A stretch of 45,455 nt of DNA, counting the filler, from Jimgerdemannia flammicorona (taxonomy: Eukaryota): assembly GCA_003990765.1 (NCBI GenBank). It is 2 parts of 2 records of this genome, joined end to end, with 100 filler letters (N's around TTAATTAATTAA, not from the genome) between each part and the next. Parts side by side here need not be neighbours in the genome. Positions count along the whole stretch, not along the records: positions 22,782 to 45,455 come from RBNJ01001229.1; 1 more part is not named here. One strand, 5' to 3'. The notes beneath the pieces are model-generated. The model ran no database searches, was not told the DNA's origin, and saw only the letters and a program-made list of their open reading frames with translations. The position numbers and the translations under genes are program-made. Position 1 is the first letter of the stretch. Every line of letters begins with the position of its first letter. Of this stretch, positions 33,047 to 45,327 are shown piece by piece.

Positions 33047-36000
33047 AAAACATCCTTGCCCCCTTCGGGGTCTTGCACTTGCTCCAGGGTCTTGGTCTTA
33101 CTCTGCTCCCCTCTGCTGCCTTCAGCCCCTCACTTCGCTCGGGCTTGCTGTGGCTCACTCCATTTTGGCCTCACCCCTCGCTCACACTCACCCCTCTGGG
33201 GTCTGTGGATGTTTTTTAATCTTGATTTGGATTTGTTTTGTTTGTGTTTATTTGTGATTTTAATCCTACAACTAGGATTGGCTCCCCCTTTATCTCTGCC
33301 TATCTCCAGCAGTCATGTGGTTCCTAATTCGGTTTGCCCCGAGTTGTGGCATGTCCTCCCTTTTGGGACATCGTATTTTGTATATAAGGACTGCGTTTTT
33401 ACATGGCAATAAACAGCTGATGCATTTTCAGTTACATTCTTTGTTCATCCCCCTTATACATACTTTTCCACATGTCTTCTATTCACTTTGACACTGGCTC
33501 TGAGTTCACTCCCTTGGCTCCTGCTGGGCCTTCTTCCTCCTCTCCAGCTACTTGTGGTGGCCCCCACTCTTCTAGTGTATCTGCAATTGCCTCCTCATCA
33601 GCACCTCCTTCTCCCTCACTTCACAAACCCTGCCATCTCTCCTTCAAAACCCCTAAGATTTGTTGTGTACTATGCACCATATCCCCATTGGCATCCAGGA
33701 CCCCATCCCACCAATGTTGCACTCTCCTAGCTTTGAGAAGTCTTGATAAGTACCTAGTAGGCCACTCACTCTCCTCAAGCCCCTGCTACCATAGCCTAGT
33801 AGCCATTCCCCACATATGTGTCTCCTCCTCTTCTCCCAACATCTGTTGTAGTTCCACTATCTCTAATTTCACCCTCTCTATTCTCCAATCCTCCACCCCA
33901 TCAGCAGTGAGCAAATCTGCCCACTCTATTTGTAGTCTCCTCAGCCTGCTGGAAGCACATCCCATGTGCCTCCTCCTCCTCCTCCCAGCCTCTCTACTAG
34001 TAAACTCTTACAGCCTCTTTCAATCTCATCCAATAGACATCTACAGGCAAACCCTCATGCCTCTAGATAGAAACCTTCGCCTGAATGTCCTCTATCCATG
34101 ATTTCCACAACTCCTTCACAGCCAGTAGGGAGAAGTTAAGACACCAATGTCTGGGTCCATCTCCACTCCCCCCAAACTGCCCCTGCTCCAACAGTCTCCA
34201 GTGATCAGACCACAGGTACCACTCCACCTCCAATGCCTTCCAAACATCTGAACCCCAGCACTCTGCCATCAGAATTCAGTCAATTCTTGTGCCCAAGCCA
34301 TTCATCCAATGTGTGTAGACCCTGGCATCACCCCACAGTGTTCTGCCCATATCCCCTAAGAAGCTCAATATCTCCACTCCTCCCAAGCATCCAGACCTCT
34401 ACTTCTCCTCCCTGCACTTCTCCCTCCATCAGTTCTGTCCAGATGCTGATCCCAAACCATATTAAAGTCCCCACTGAGAACATTGACCCCTTTCTCCAAG
34501 AGAATACCTTCCTCCAGCAGCTCCCTAATCCACACAGTCCTCTCACCCCTAGCTGCGGGGCAGTAGCAAGAGCCCACCTTCACTGATTCCCACCCTGGCC
34601 AATGCCAATCTCCCCAGACCAAGTGATCACCCCAGCTCCAGATTCCCCCCAAGTCCCCTCTGCCCTTTCTCATCAGAATTGCCACTTTCCCAAACCAAGT
34701 AGTAGCCCCACCCCATTCCCTAGTCCACTCAACTCAATCATCCTCATCCTTATACTGAACATCCTATAGTAAAAAGAGATCAGCCTCCAATCCCTTGAGC
34801 CAAGTAAAAATATTCGTACACTGCCCAGAGCCCCTCAACCTATTTACATTTAAAGAGAAAATATTAGTTGTACTGTTCATAAAAAATAATGATATATCAC
34901 AATTCCATCCTCTACAAGTCCACATTTGGCTCCTCCTACACCAAGTCCAAGTCATGTTCAGCAGCTAGTTCCCTTTCTCTAGCTTCCTGTACCTCCAACT
35001 CTCTCAGAAGTTCCACCATTGCCCCATCTTCCCACTCCTCAAAGTTCTCATGATACTCCAGACAGGCCTCCTGCCAGAGCTGCAGACCATGATGCTCTGC
35101 CCAACAGTAGACCACCTGCTCACCAGTGACCACCACCAGCTCTGCCTTCCTCACCTTATCAACCTCATATCCCTCCTCCTTCAGGAAAATTGTGTGAATC
35201 TCCACCTTCAGTGTCTCTATCACCCCATCACCATACAGAATCTGTGCCCAATGCTCCTCAGGTATTGCCTGCAGGTCCACTTCCCCCAAAGCCTCTGCTG
35301 CGAGGTTATCCATCACCTTGCTCATCCACAGCAAGTTCCCTACCTCCTTCCCTCCTGGAGTCCCCAGCCACCCTGCATCCAACATCATGGTGTCAGCTCC
35401 TATACTGGCAGCCTCATTCCACTCCTCCTCAGGGACATCCACCAGCTCATCCTCACCAACCACCACCACCTGGCCCCCTTTCGCCATATCAGGGACCCCA
35501 AAGTACACTCGCTGGGCCCCCTGCATCAGTACATCCTCCATCACCCCTCTCTTTCCAGCTGGGCCCCTCCTGATAAGTGGGGGGGGGGGTGGTATCCAAC
35601 TCCTGCTCCCATACTTCAAGGGTACCATTAGCATATAGATTCCTGTCCTGCATCTTCCCAGCCCCTGCCTCATTTGCCACTACCTCCTCTCCTCCTTTAC
35701 TAGCCCAGACACTGGCTTTGATGCCTCCAGACTCCTCAGCTCCAACCAACTTCTCTTTCACCCCTCCTGTCATATTCGCCAAAAGCTCCCTCTGCCTCTT
35801 ACATCTCTGGGCCCATTCCCACTGCTTCCTATCAGTATGGATATACTTCCCATCCACAACCTCCAGATGTGTGGACTCCTCATACAGCTTCCAGGCCTTC
35901 ACCCTCCTCTCTACAGCACCACTCAACTCCTCCAGTGCCTCCAACAAGTCCTCCTCCTCCTCTTCACTCCTTTTTACCCTCGATACCTTACAGATGAAGG

Positions 36001-37039
36001 CCCCCCACATCAGCACTGATGGCCAGTCACTTGTCTTCCCTGTGGCCTCCTTCCCCACCAAACGAATTCTGACATTGACATCACCTGTCCTGAATGTCAT
36101 CCCCTCCCACAACTGAAAGCCTATGTCCACTATATCACCATATTCAACCATCACCTCCTCCACCCTCCTCCTAGTCTCCTCCTTAGTCACCATGGGCACC
36201 CCCCTCACCAGAAGCTGCACCACCCTGGGGTCTCACCTCAAGCATCTCACCATGGGGACCACTATCTCACCAACTACCACTCTAGTCTTCATAGCCTCGT
36301 TCAGTAGGCCTATCTCCTCAAAGCCCACCTCAACCCCCTCTAGGCCCTTCAAGAACTTCACCAAGGCCACCCCAGCCACCTGCTTCAAAATAAGCCCCAG
36401 GACCATCCTCACCATCACTGCTAAGCCCCGGAAGTACAAGGTAGCTGCAAACTCCGAGATTGACTTTTTGAGCAATAGGGCCACCACTAGTCCCATTACA
36501 CCATTGGTCAGGTCTCCCTTCTGCTTCAGGAACCCCTGCCCTCTCTGGCCATCAGCTATCACATCTCTTTTTTTTTCCTGATTCACCATCATACCACCAT
36601 CAGCAGTCCCACTACTACCCCCAGTAGCTACTCCACTACCTCCACCTCCCACCAGTAAAGGTCCAGCTCCCCCAGCATTCCTAGCCTTCTGCTTCCCCTT
36701 CCCATCTGCCTGTTCTCTATGGGCTCCTATTGGCCATCCCCCAGTCTGCAGTGTGTCCACAAAGCTCCTTCCCTGCTGCCCTTCTGCCCCCCCACCAGTG
36801 CCTCCTCCACTGCTCGAGCTGCCCTGCCCACTTGAGCCACCAAAAGACCCCATCCCCAGTCCATACCCTCTCCCAACATACTGCCAGTCAAAGGCCCCAG
36901 GTCTGCCCAATCTAGTATACACATCAGCTTGCCTGCTGGTTGACATTGTCTTATTATCTTTCTCCAATAAACGAGTTGAAAGTATGTTATAAAGTGTGTA
37001 TAATATGAATTATAGTGGAGAAAGATGTATCTGAGCATC

Positions 37040-38021
37040 ATTAACTATATTGAAGTCCTATTCTCTAAAGAAGAAAAATAATTTCTAGAATAGAGTAATT
37101 CTGATATAAAAGATAATAATAGCATAGGTATAAATATAGAAAATATTTATAAATATCAGAATGATGACTAAAGAATAGTCTAAAACAGATTATCCTTTAG
37201 TGGGGGCTGATGTAATAAGCAAATACTATAGTATAGTCAGATGATATATAAAGAATACTTAGTATAGTTATTCCATATAGTTATTATATATACTATCAAT
37301 TTATATAAATAATTAAATTTATCAAATCAGAGTATACTAACTCCTGAAGAAATACTTGTTTTAAGTAGAATACTCATCTTATATAGAATACTTATTCTGT
37401 ATAGAATCAAATAGTCATACCTTTTTTAAATTAATACTACTGTATATTCTATAATTATTCAAATAATAATTAGATAGCAATCAAACTTATATAAAATACT
37501 TCAGAGATTTAAGTAAATAAACCTCAGTCTGAAAAATCAAAGAAAAAGCAAAAGACAAGTCTGTCTATAATATACTTTGAGAGATATATCTACTAAGAGC
37601 CATTTGATCTAAGAAAAGAATTACAATACTTAGAAGAAATATCTACTCTAAAACCACTATTAAGAAGACTGTAAGCTTTATTCTCTTTTCTACTTTAGTC
37701 TACTTTCTGATATAAAGAAGTCTGCTATTTTTTTATAAAGCCAGAAGAATATAAGAGATCTGCTTTTTTGGTCTACTTGTCAGACAAAGTCTGAAGAACT
37801 TAGCCACTATTTAGAGAAGTCTGCCAAATTGTGCATTATGCAGAATCTGCACCTATTAAGAAAATTACCAAAATTGTCCACATTATACAAACAAGAGAAC
37901 TCATACTTTTAGAAATCAACTGAACATTTTGTCACTTTTTGACAAAGTAACTAGGGGCTCAAGCCAATCTACATAGCCACCCCAATCTTATAATCTGCCT
38001 CTATTGAGCTAGTACATTACA
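37040..38021 (+). mobile_element. Decayed gypsy 3' end: PPT and family-B-related LTR (37211-38021)
   Basis: tcctttagtgggggctga PPT, then an LTR ending ctattgagctagtacattaca, matching the reverse complement of LTR B. Confidence 0.8.
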
Positions 38022-38099
38022 ATAGATATAAGAGTGTATAGTAATGATCTAGGAATAGTTTAGAAGGGGTTAAATTGCAATCCAGATATTTATATCTAC

Positions 38100-39208
38100 T
38101 ATCCAAATCTTTCAAAGATATCTAGTATAATGGTGACCCCATAATGATGACATCAGCACAGAAGACAGCCTTTCCTTACAAGCCACCAGATTGGAGTACA
38201 AGAAGATCATATAGCATATGAGATGAGTAATGATGACCAACTGTGAGTCATGGTGATCACAGTACAAGTATCTTAAGGAATATATAAGAAGGATCAAGAA
38301 ACTGCAGTAATAGCAACTAATAAGACCCACTAATCCCAAAATAGCTCAAAGACTCACTATAAATGAAATACCTACTGCCTGCCAAACCTCAAGGTCAAGA
38401 AACCACCAAGGCACCTCAGTCAAAGAAAGGATTTTCCAAGACATCAGAAGAGCCATGAGGACCTGCTCAAGAAGGACTCCTAGTGTCAACCTGGGTACTG
38501 ATGACCCTTATTACTATATCCTCTATCACTATGAAATGGAAACAAGGATCACCATTACTACCAAATGCCTCTAAATATGGCAGGAGTATGAAATAGAAAA
38601 CCTCCTCTACTGGGAGTTCCCACAGGCCAGCACTCAAGAGCTACAAGATGCCACTCCCATGGATATATGTATGCAAAACAAGAACAGCTAAGAAGATCTA
38701 TCAGATCTTCAGGCATACACCATGGTTGATTCCCAACTTGGAGTATGTTAGAGTCTCAGATTTCAGAGATCTATCATTCTGCCATATCAATGCACTAGAA
38801 GCCAGGGTGACTACAGAAGCCCAGTCCACTATCACCCTCAATAGTGATGAAGTAGAAGACTTCTGATACCCCATCTTCCAGGACAACCCAGACCAATTCC
38901 TGCAAGGGTTGATCTCAGTATTCTAAGGCTCAAGCATCCAGGTTAGACCTCCCCAAGATCCTACATTTGTCCCCTATTTTGTGGAAGAGAACCTCATAGA
39001 CTAGAGAGCTCTAGATCTCCTTATTTCCACTACTGCCGAATGTGATGATGTCATCAGTGATGACATCATCCTGTGTGACTTTGATATATATGAAACATAT
39101 GACCTATACAACCTTGATGAAATATTTATAGACCTCATCTCCTTCAAAGATATCCTGACCTCTGATGATAAGGATGAAGCCTTCATGATCCTGAACATTC
39201 TGCTTTAA
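38100..39208 (+). pseudogene. Decayed ORF resembling the gypsy 3' accessory ORF3
   Basis: CKTRTAKKIYQIF resembles CQEARTAK(R)IDTLY of ORF3. Acidic C-terminus. Confidence 0.4.
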
Positions 39209-39214
39209 GTCTCT

Positions 39215-40936
39215 TAGTTATACTGAATAATACCAGCACTGGTATTTGATGTAACACTGAATAATGCCAGCACCAGTATTTGATGTAACACTGAATAATT
39301 CCAGTACTGGTATTTAATATAATACTGAATAATACCAGTACCAGTATTCTGATGTAACATTGAATTATACCAGCATCTTGAACCTATACAACCATCAGTG
39401 CTAACTCTGGAACTTAGCAGTTTTTCCTGTCCTGGCATTTTATTTTAGTTATTGGAAGTTATATTTAGCTTTATATCTTAGCAACCATTGAATTATATTT
39501 TGTATAAATACCTCTCTTATTTCCTCTGAAATAATGTCAGTCAAGTTCACTTATACACACTTTCTTGCAAGCAATCTAAGAGATAACAAGATAGTTAAAG
39601 ATAAGAAGTTTGAGGACTATAAGACTTTGGGAAGGCACTCCAATAAGAACTTGCTTATAACAAACTTGAGTTAGTCTAAGAGATATACCTTGAAGAGAAT
39701 CTGGCATATTTGAAGGACTCAGTGACCACTACATAACAACTTGGTGCCCATTGGCTGGTAATTCAAGACAAATCCCTCACTTTCAAGCTGAAAAATGAAC
39801 AACCCCCACAATAACTATCTTGACTACAAGAGTCTGCAAGAATTCAAGACAAGATAGAAATATACCCCCCCACATTCTATGGATATATTACTGAAGAGTC
39901 AATCCTGACCTTCATTGAAGACTTTGAACAATTTGCTGTCATAAAAGCCCTTGGTGTGGATACACAATTGGCCCTTCTACCAGTCAGTCTCAGAGGACCT
40001 ACCAGAGATAAGTTTGCAGCCACTATTGCTGATAATGGTGCAGCCAAACTTGCCAACATAAAGGCCTTCCTCAGAACAACATATTATACTGAAGAAATCA
40101 AGTAAGCTCTCAAGGATCAACTCAATACTATCTGCCAGAGACTTAGTGAAGATCCCAACTTATTCTATACCTGAATCTGCCACCAGATTGTCTTGGCTAG
40201 CTATGATGATGCCCTCAAGGAACAAATAGTGGATTCAACCTTCCTCAAAGGAGTTCACTCTGAAATTGCCCTAGCAATCCAGTCTACCCCAGCTGCACTG
40301 ACCCTTGATCAGAAAGTAGTCTTTGCACAGAGATATTGGCCTGTCAGACACCCTGCTGAACACTCAATAGAGAAAATAACTGGTATCAAGATGGAGCCAT
40401 CAAAGCCAACCAGCATTATATCTACCACAGTTGTAAACAGACAACCATTCCCACCTACCCCCAAGACAGCCAAAGCTGACCCAGTAGAAGAACTTGCCAA
40501 GCAGTTCACCAAGATGACTGCACACCTTGGTGATATTGTTAGAGAAGTCTGAAGTGCTAACAGGAGACCAGTGCAGAGATTTGCAGCTACTACAGAAGAA
40601 TACAATATCATATGCTTCAGATGTGGAGAAGAAGGCCACTATGCAAAGAACTGCATGACCAAAACAAGATACAAAGCCCAACCAAGCAATGTTAGCAAAA
40701 CTAGAGAACAAACCAATGCAGTAGTTATTGAGGAGATTAGTGATACTGATGATGAAGAATACTATGAGGAGCTCAAATTCTACCCTACTACTGAAGGTAC
40801 CAGAACCTGGTCCAAGCCCTATGACAGGAAGAGCAACAGCAAGCCAGTTGGAAGACCAAAGAAGACCCCAGCTGTTACTATTCAAAGCAAGACTCAATCC
40901 AAGGAGATTGATCAAGACATGGAGTTAGATGAAGCT
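39215..40936 (+). mobile_element. Gypsy 5' part: LTR (~39215-39738), PBS (39742-39754), gag
   Basis: LTR ends ACATAACA, followed by TGGTGCCCATTGG. Gag with CFRCGEEGHYAKNC knuckle. Interrupted by LINE copy C. Confidence 0.85.
39221..39376. repeat. ~4.5 tandem copies of a 34-35-bp unit with an internal palindrome
   Basis: Unit yactgaataataccagyacyrgtatttgatgtaa. Confidence 0.9.
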
Positions 40937-43900
40937 GCCCAGACTCACCTTTATCAGCTACCACTCATGTTACACATACTTTACAACATACTTTCAAGTC
41001 ATTTATTGGAGAAAGGTACTAAGGAAACAGCAAATAGCAAGTAATCTGGAGTGCATACTGGGCAGGGTGGCCCTAGTGCATTCGACTGGCAGCAGGTGGG
41101 GAGGGGTCCTGGCCTGGGGGGAGGCATGAGGGGGTTGTTGGCAGGAGGACAAGGTGGGGGAGGAGGCAGCAGGGGAGGACAGGGGTCAGAGAGGGCAAGC
41201 TTTGTGGAGATGGTGAAGGAGAGGCAACAGGTGATAGGGCTGGAGGGCTGACTGAGGAAAGGCAAGGAGATGGAGAAGACAGCCATTTGTGGGGGAGCAG
41301 TTCTTGGGGGTGAGGGCGGTGGAGCTGGGGGAGTAGTGGCTGGGGGGAATGTAATGGCTGATAGTGATGGGACTGCCAATCTGGAAAAAAATCCAGATGC
41401 AACTGCTGATGGGGTGGCTGAGTGACTGAGGCTTAGAAGACAAGGAGATTTGGTGGATGGTGTGATGTGCCTGGCAGTGGCTCCATTACTTAAAAAATCA
41501 ATCTCAGTATTTGCAATGATGTTGTGCTTCTGGGGCCTGGCAGTGATAGCAAAAATGGTGCTAGGGCTTATCGCCAAGCAGGTGGCAGGAGCAGTGTCAG
41601 TGAAGTTCCTGAAAGGATTGGAGAGAGTAGAGGTTAGTTTTAAGGAGGCTGAGCCCCTGGAGGAGGCACTGAAGGTTGAATTGATAGTTGGGGAGATGTG
41701 TGTCCCAATGGTGCACTCTCTGAAATGAGACCCCAGGGTGGTCCAGCTATTGGTGAAAGGAGTGCCCATGGTGATGGCAGTGGAGACAAGAAGGAGAGTT
41801 GAGGAGGTCATGGCAGAATATGGCAAGGTAGTGGATATTAGATTCAGAGTCTGGGAGGGGACCTCACTCAGGATGGGAGTTGTGGATGTGAGGATTTGGC
41901 TGGCAGGAAAAGAAGCCACTGGGAAGACAAGAGACTGGCCATTAGAGATAGTCTGGGGGGCGATCTTGTGCAAGGTGACGAGGGTGAAGGGGAGTAAGGA
42001 GGAGGAGGAGGACTTGCTGGAGGCACTAGAAGAACTGAGTGGAGTAGTGGAGAGGTGGGTGAAGGCTTGGAAGGCTTTCAAGGAGTCGACCACTTGGAGG
42101 TAGTAGATGGGAAGTCGATTCGAGTGGACAAGGTGCAATGGGAAAAGGTTCAGGAATATAAGCATCAGAAGGAGCTACTGGCCAAGTTGGAAAGTCAACC
42201 ACAGAAGGAGGCTGATGGAATGGTGGAAATGGGGGGTACTAAAGCAAGTGTCTGGGCTGGCGAAGATAGTAGGGGTGCCAAGAAGGGATCAGGAGAGAGC
42301 AGGAAGGCAGCTGGCAGTGACCCATATGCTGATGGTACACTTGAGGTCTGAAAAGAAGACTGAGTAAGATTGCCTACCCCTACACTACTTATCAGGAGGG
42401 GTCCAGCCTCCTGGCACAAGGTGGGGGAGGATGTGCCTATGAAGGGGGCCCAGAGAGTGCAATTTGGAGTCCCAGAGGTGGCAAATAGAGGACAGATAGA
42501 GGCAGTTGGTGAGGAGGAACTGGTGGATGTCCCAGAGGTGTGGAATGAGGCTGCAAGTACTGGGGCTGATACCATGATGTTGGACAGTGGGTGACTGGCA
42601 ACCCCAGAAGGGAAGAAGGTAGGAAACCTACTTTGGATATATAGAATGATGAATAATCTGGTAGCTGAAGAGCTGGGGGAGGTGGACTTGAGGGTGATGA
42701 GTGATGAGCATTGAGTGTGGGTCCTGCAGAGGGATGGGGTAGAGTTGGCATTGAAGGCAGAGATCCTTACAGTATATCTGGAGGAGGAAGGGTATGAAGT
42801 GAATGAGGAGCAGGAGGCTGAACTAGCTGGGGTCACTGGTGAGAGGGCCAAATACTGTTGGGCCAAGTGTCATGGATTGCAGCTCTGGCAGGAAGCATGT
42901 CTGGAGTACCGAGAGGAGTTTGAGGAGAAGGCAGATGGGGAGATGAATGAACTGTTGACAGGATTGGAGGCTCAGCAGACAGAGGAGGAGGAGGTGACAG
43001 CAGAACATAATCTGGATATGGCACAATAAGAGATGAACATGGAGCAGTAGGATTGGACTGGATTAATACTCTATACTTCATTATGAATAGTATGATCAAT
43101 ATTTTTTCTTTAAATGTGAATGGGTTATGGGGTGTGGTTCGATGTAGAAACATTTTTACTTGGCTGAAGAGATTGGAGGCCAATCTCTTCCTCTTGCAGG
43201 ATGTCAGGTGTAATGATGATTTGGATAGACTGGAATGGACAAGGGAATGGGGAGGTGAGACAGTTTGGAAAGGCAAGGTTGGGATTCTGATGTGGAAAGG
43301 CAGAGGAGAGATAAGGAACATTCAGAGCTAGGGGGACTGATTGGTCTGGGGGGAGTGGATATGTTCGGGATGGGAGCCAGTTATAGTGGGCTCTTGCTAC
43401 TGCTCCATGGTATGGGGTGAGCATATGGATTGGATGAAGGGCCTTCAGGAAAGTGGGATCCTCACAGAGGCTGGGGTGGATATACTGGGTGGAGACTACA
43501 ATATGGTCTGAGATATACTGGAGGACAGAACAGATAGAGAATGGGGAGCTGAGGGTTGGAGAGGTGGACTGATGGCATGGAAGGAAGTGGAAAGGCTGAG
43601 TGTACTGGTGGATGCAGGCAGAGAGTGCTGGGGGAATAGGAGGGTTTACACATATTGGGCAGGAGACTTGGGGATGAGGATTGATTGGATCCTGATGGCC
43701 AGCTACTGGGGCTTGGATGTTTGGAAGTCACTAGAGGTTGAATGGTGTTCTTGGTCAGATCATTGGGGGCTTTTAGGACAGGGACAATTTGGGGGGAGTG
43801 GGGATGGGTCTGGACATTGGCACCTCAATTCCTCCTTGTTAGATGATAAGATCTGATGGGATGAGTGGGCTGCAGACATTTAACTGAGGGTAGAGTACTG

Positions 43901-45326
43901 GAGATAAGAAGGTGTCCCAGTTGGTGTTCAGTGGTTATGGATAAAAGAGATGGCCAGGATCTACTGGAGTGAGGCTGGCAAGGAGGCTGGGAAACAGTGA
44001 AGGTGATGAGTGCAATGGGCTTCTAGTAGACTGGCTAGGCTTTTAGAGGATTGGGCAAGGCTGGTGACATTGGAGGGGGAGGGGAATTGGAGAGCTATGA
44101 GGGCAAAGAAGGAGGTTGGTGAACTACAACAGATATTGTGGGAGGAGGAAGAGGCAAAGGTGCAAAGTTTGGTGGTGAGGCTCTGTTGACAGAGTTTGGA
44201 AGAAGGAGAGAGACCCTCAAAGTTCCTCATGAGAGCCCTTTAGGCAAGAAGGGTGCAGCAGAGGTGAGAAGGGGTGCTTGACTTTGATAGTATACTGGTG
44301 CATGGTATACAGGACATCCTTGGATCTTTAAAGGAGCATTGGAGTGATTTGTAGAGTAAGAAGGAGGGTGGAGTGGATGCTGAGGCCATTGGCCATGCTT
44401 TAGAGGATTGGTACTCCCTGTATGTAGATGGGGTGGGAGACTTGGTGCTGCTCATACAAGAAGAGGAGATCCTCCAGGTTCTTGCTATGACATCACTGGG
44501 TATGGTATCTGGAGAGGATGGTTTGCCCTGAGACTTCTGGAAGAAGATGATGGGGATCCCAGGAGTACTGGGAGAGATGACGGCACTGTGTGATTTCATT
44601 CTACAGACAGGGAAATGGGTGAAAGAGCAGGATCTGGGATTGGTGACATTGCTTTATAAGAACAAAGGAAGGTATGAGAATTGGAAGAATTGGAGACCAA
44701 TTATGCTGCTGGATATGGACCAAAAGCTGGTTACTAAGGTAGTGGTTGCAAGGCTTCAAAAGGTGGCCCAGCAAGTCTTGGGCATTGAGCAGAGGGGCTT
44801 TGTGGGAGACCAGCTCATTAGAGATGGTACAGTCTGGGTATATGGAGTCATTGAAGGGGCATGAGCATGTGGATTGAATGGGCACCTGATCTTTTTAGAT
44901 CAAGAGAAGGCTTATGACTGGGTGCAGCAAGTCTGGCTAGTGAAAGTACTGGATAGGACTGGGGTTCCACACCAGTTCTGGTCAGCAATAATCAGCCTAC
45001 TAGAAGGGAGTAGGGCTGCACTCATGTGTAATAGTCATAGAGGGGTAGTATTTCCTCTAGGCAGAGGGGTGCCCCAGGGGGACCCATTGTCCCCCATTCT
45101 ATATGCCCTGTCACTGGAACCCTTAATGAATAGAATCAGGTAGAAGATAGTGGGGCTCTCCATCTTTGGCATTGGCTGGAAAGTAGGGGCATTTGTGGAC
45201 AATATGGTGGTTGGACTGGGATCGATTGCTAATGTTGAGGAGCTCAAAGAGACAGTGGAGTGGTATGAGGGGAATTCTGGAGTGAAGCTCAACTGACATA
45301 AGTGTGAGATGATGGTATTAGGCAGT
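40937..45326 (+). mobile_element. L1/Tx1-like LINE copy C, 5' end to RT
   Basis: 5' UTR shared with 36960-37035. ORF1 ~41007-43029 with an RRM-like VKGVP...YGKVVDI. ORF2 from 43083 has SLNVNGL, LLQDV, GGDYN, RIDWIL, SDH and RT motifs. Breaks at 45326. Confidence 0.92.
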
Positions 45327-45327
45327 G

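Larger units (their letters stand above)
29383..33543 (+). mobile_element. Endonuclease-less Penelope-like element, right arm with direct pseudo-LTRs
   Basis: ~500-bp direct repeats 29383-29885 and 33041-33543 flank ORF1 and RT. Confidence 0.9.
23455..37035 (-). mobile_element. L1/Tx1-like LINE copy B, split by the Penelope-like dimer
   Basis: ORF1 ~36967-34930. APE motifs NIFSLNVN, GDFN, SDH at ~34880-34100. RT motifs WRPIMLL, FLDQEKVYD, GVPQGDPLSP, FADD at 25276-24236. The halves flank 25407-33543. Confidence 0.9.

Noticed and set aside
25407..33543. Palindrome as an assembly or amplification fold-back chimera
   Set aside because: The arms differ at many independent transitions and the flanks continue one LINE. 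Read confirmation is still advisable.
25407..33543. DIRS-type element with inverted terminal repeats
   Set aside because: RT motifs are Penelope-like, and no RNase H or tyrosine recombinase is present.
39221..39376. CRISPR-like palindromic ~34-bp repeats
   Set aside because: Units are contiguous with no unique spacers, there are no cas genes, and the context is a eukaryotic LTR.
40999..42165. 388-aa antisense ORF, and similar ORFs at 35050-36581 and 42195-42866
   Set aside because: Shadow frames of the G/A-rich LINE ORF1; Ser/Pro/Thr-biased with no motifs.
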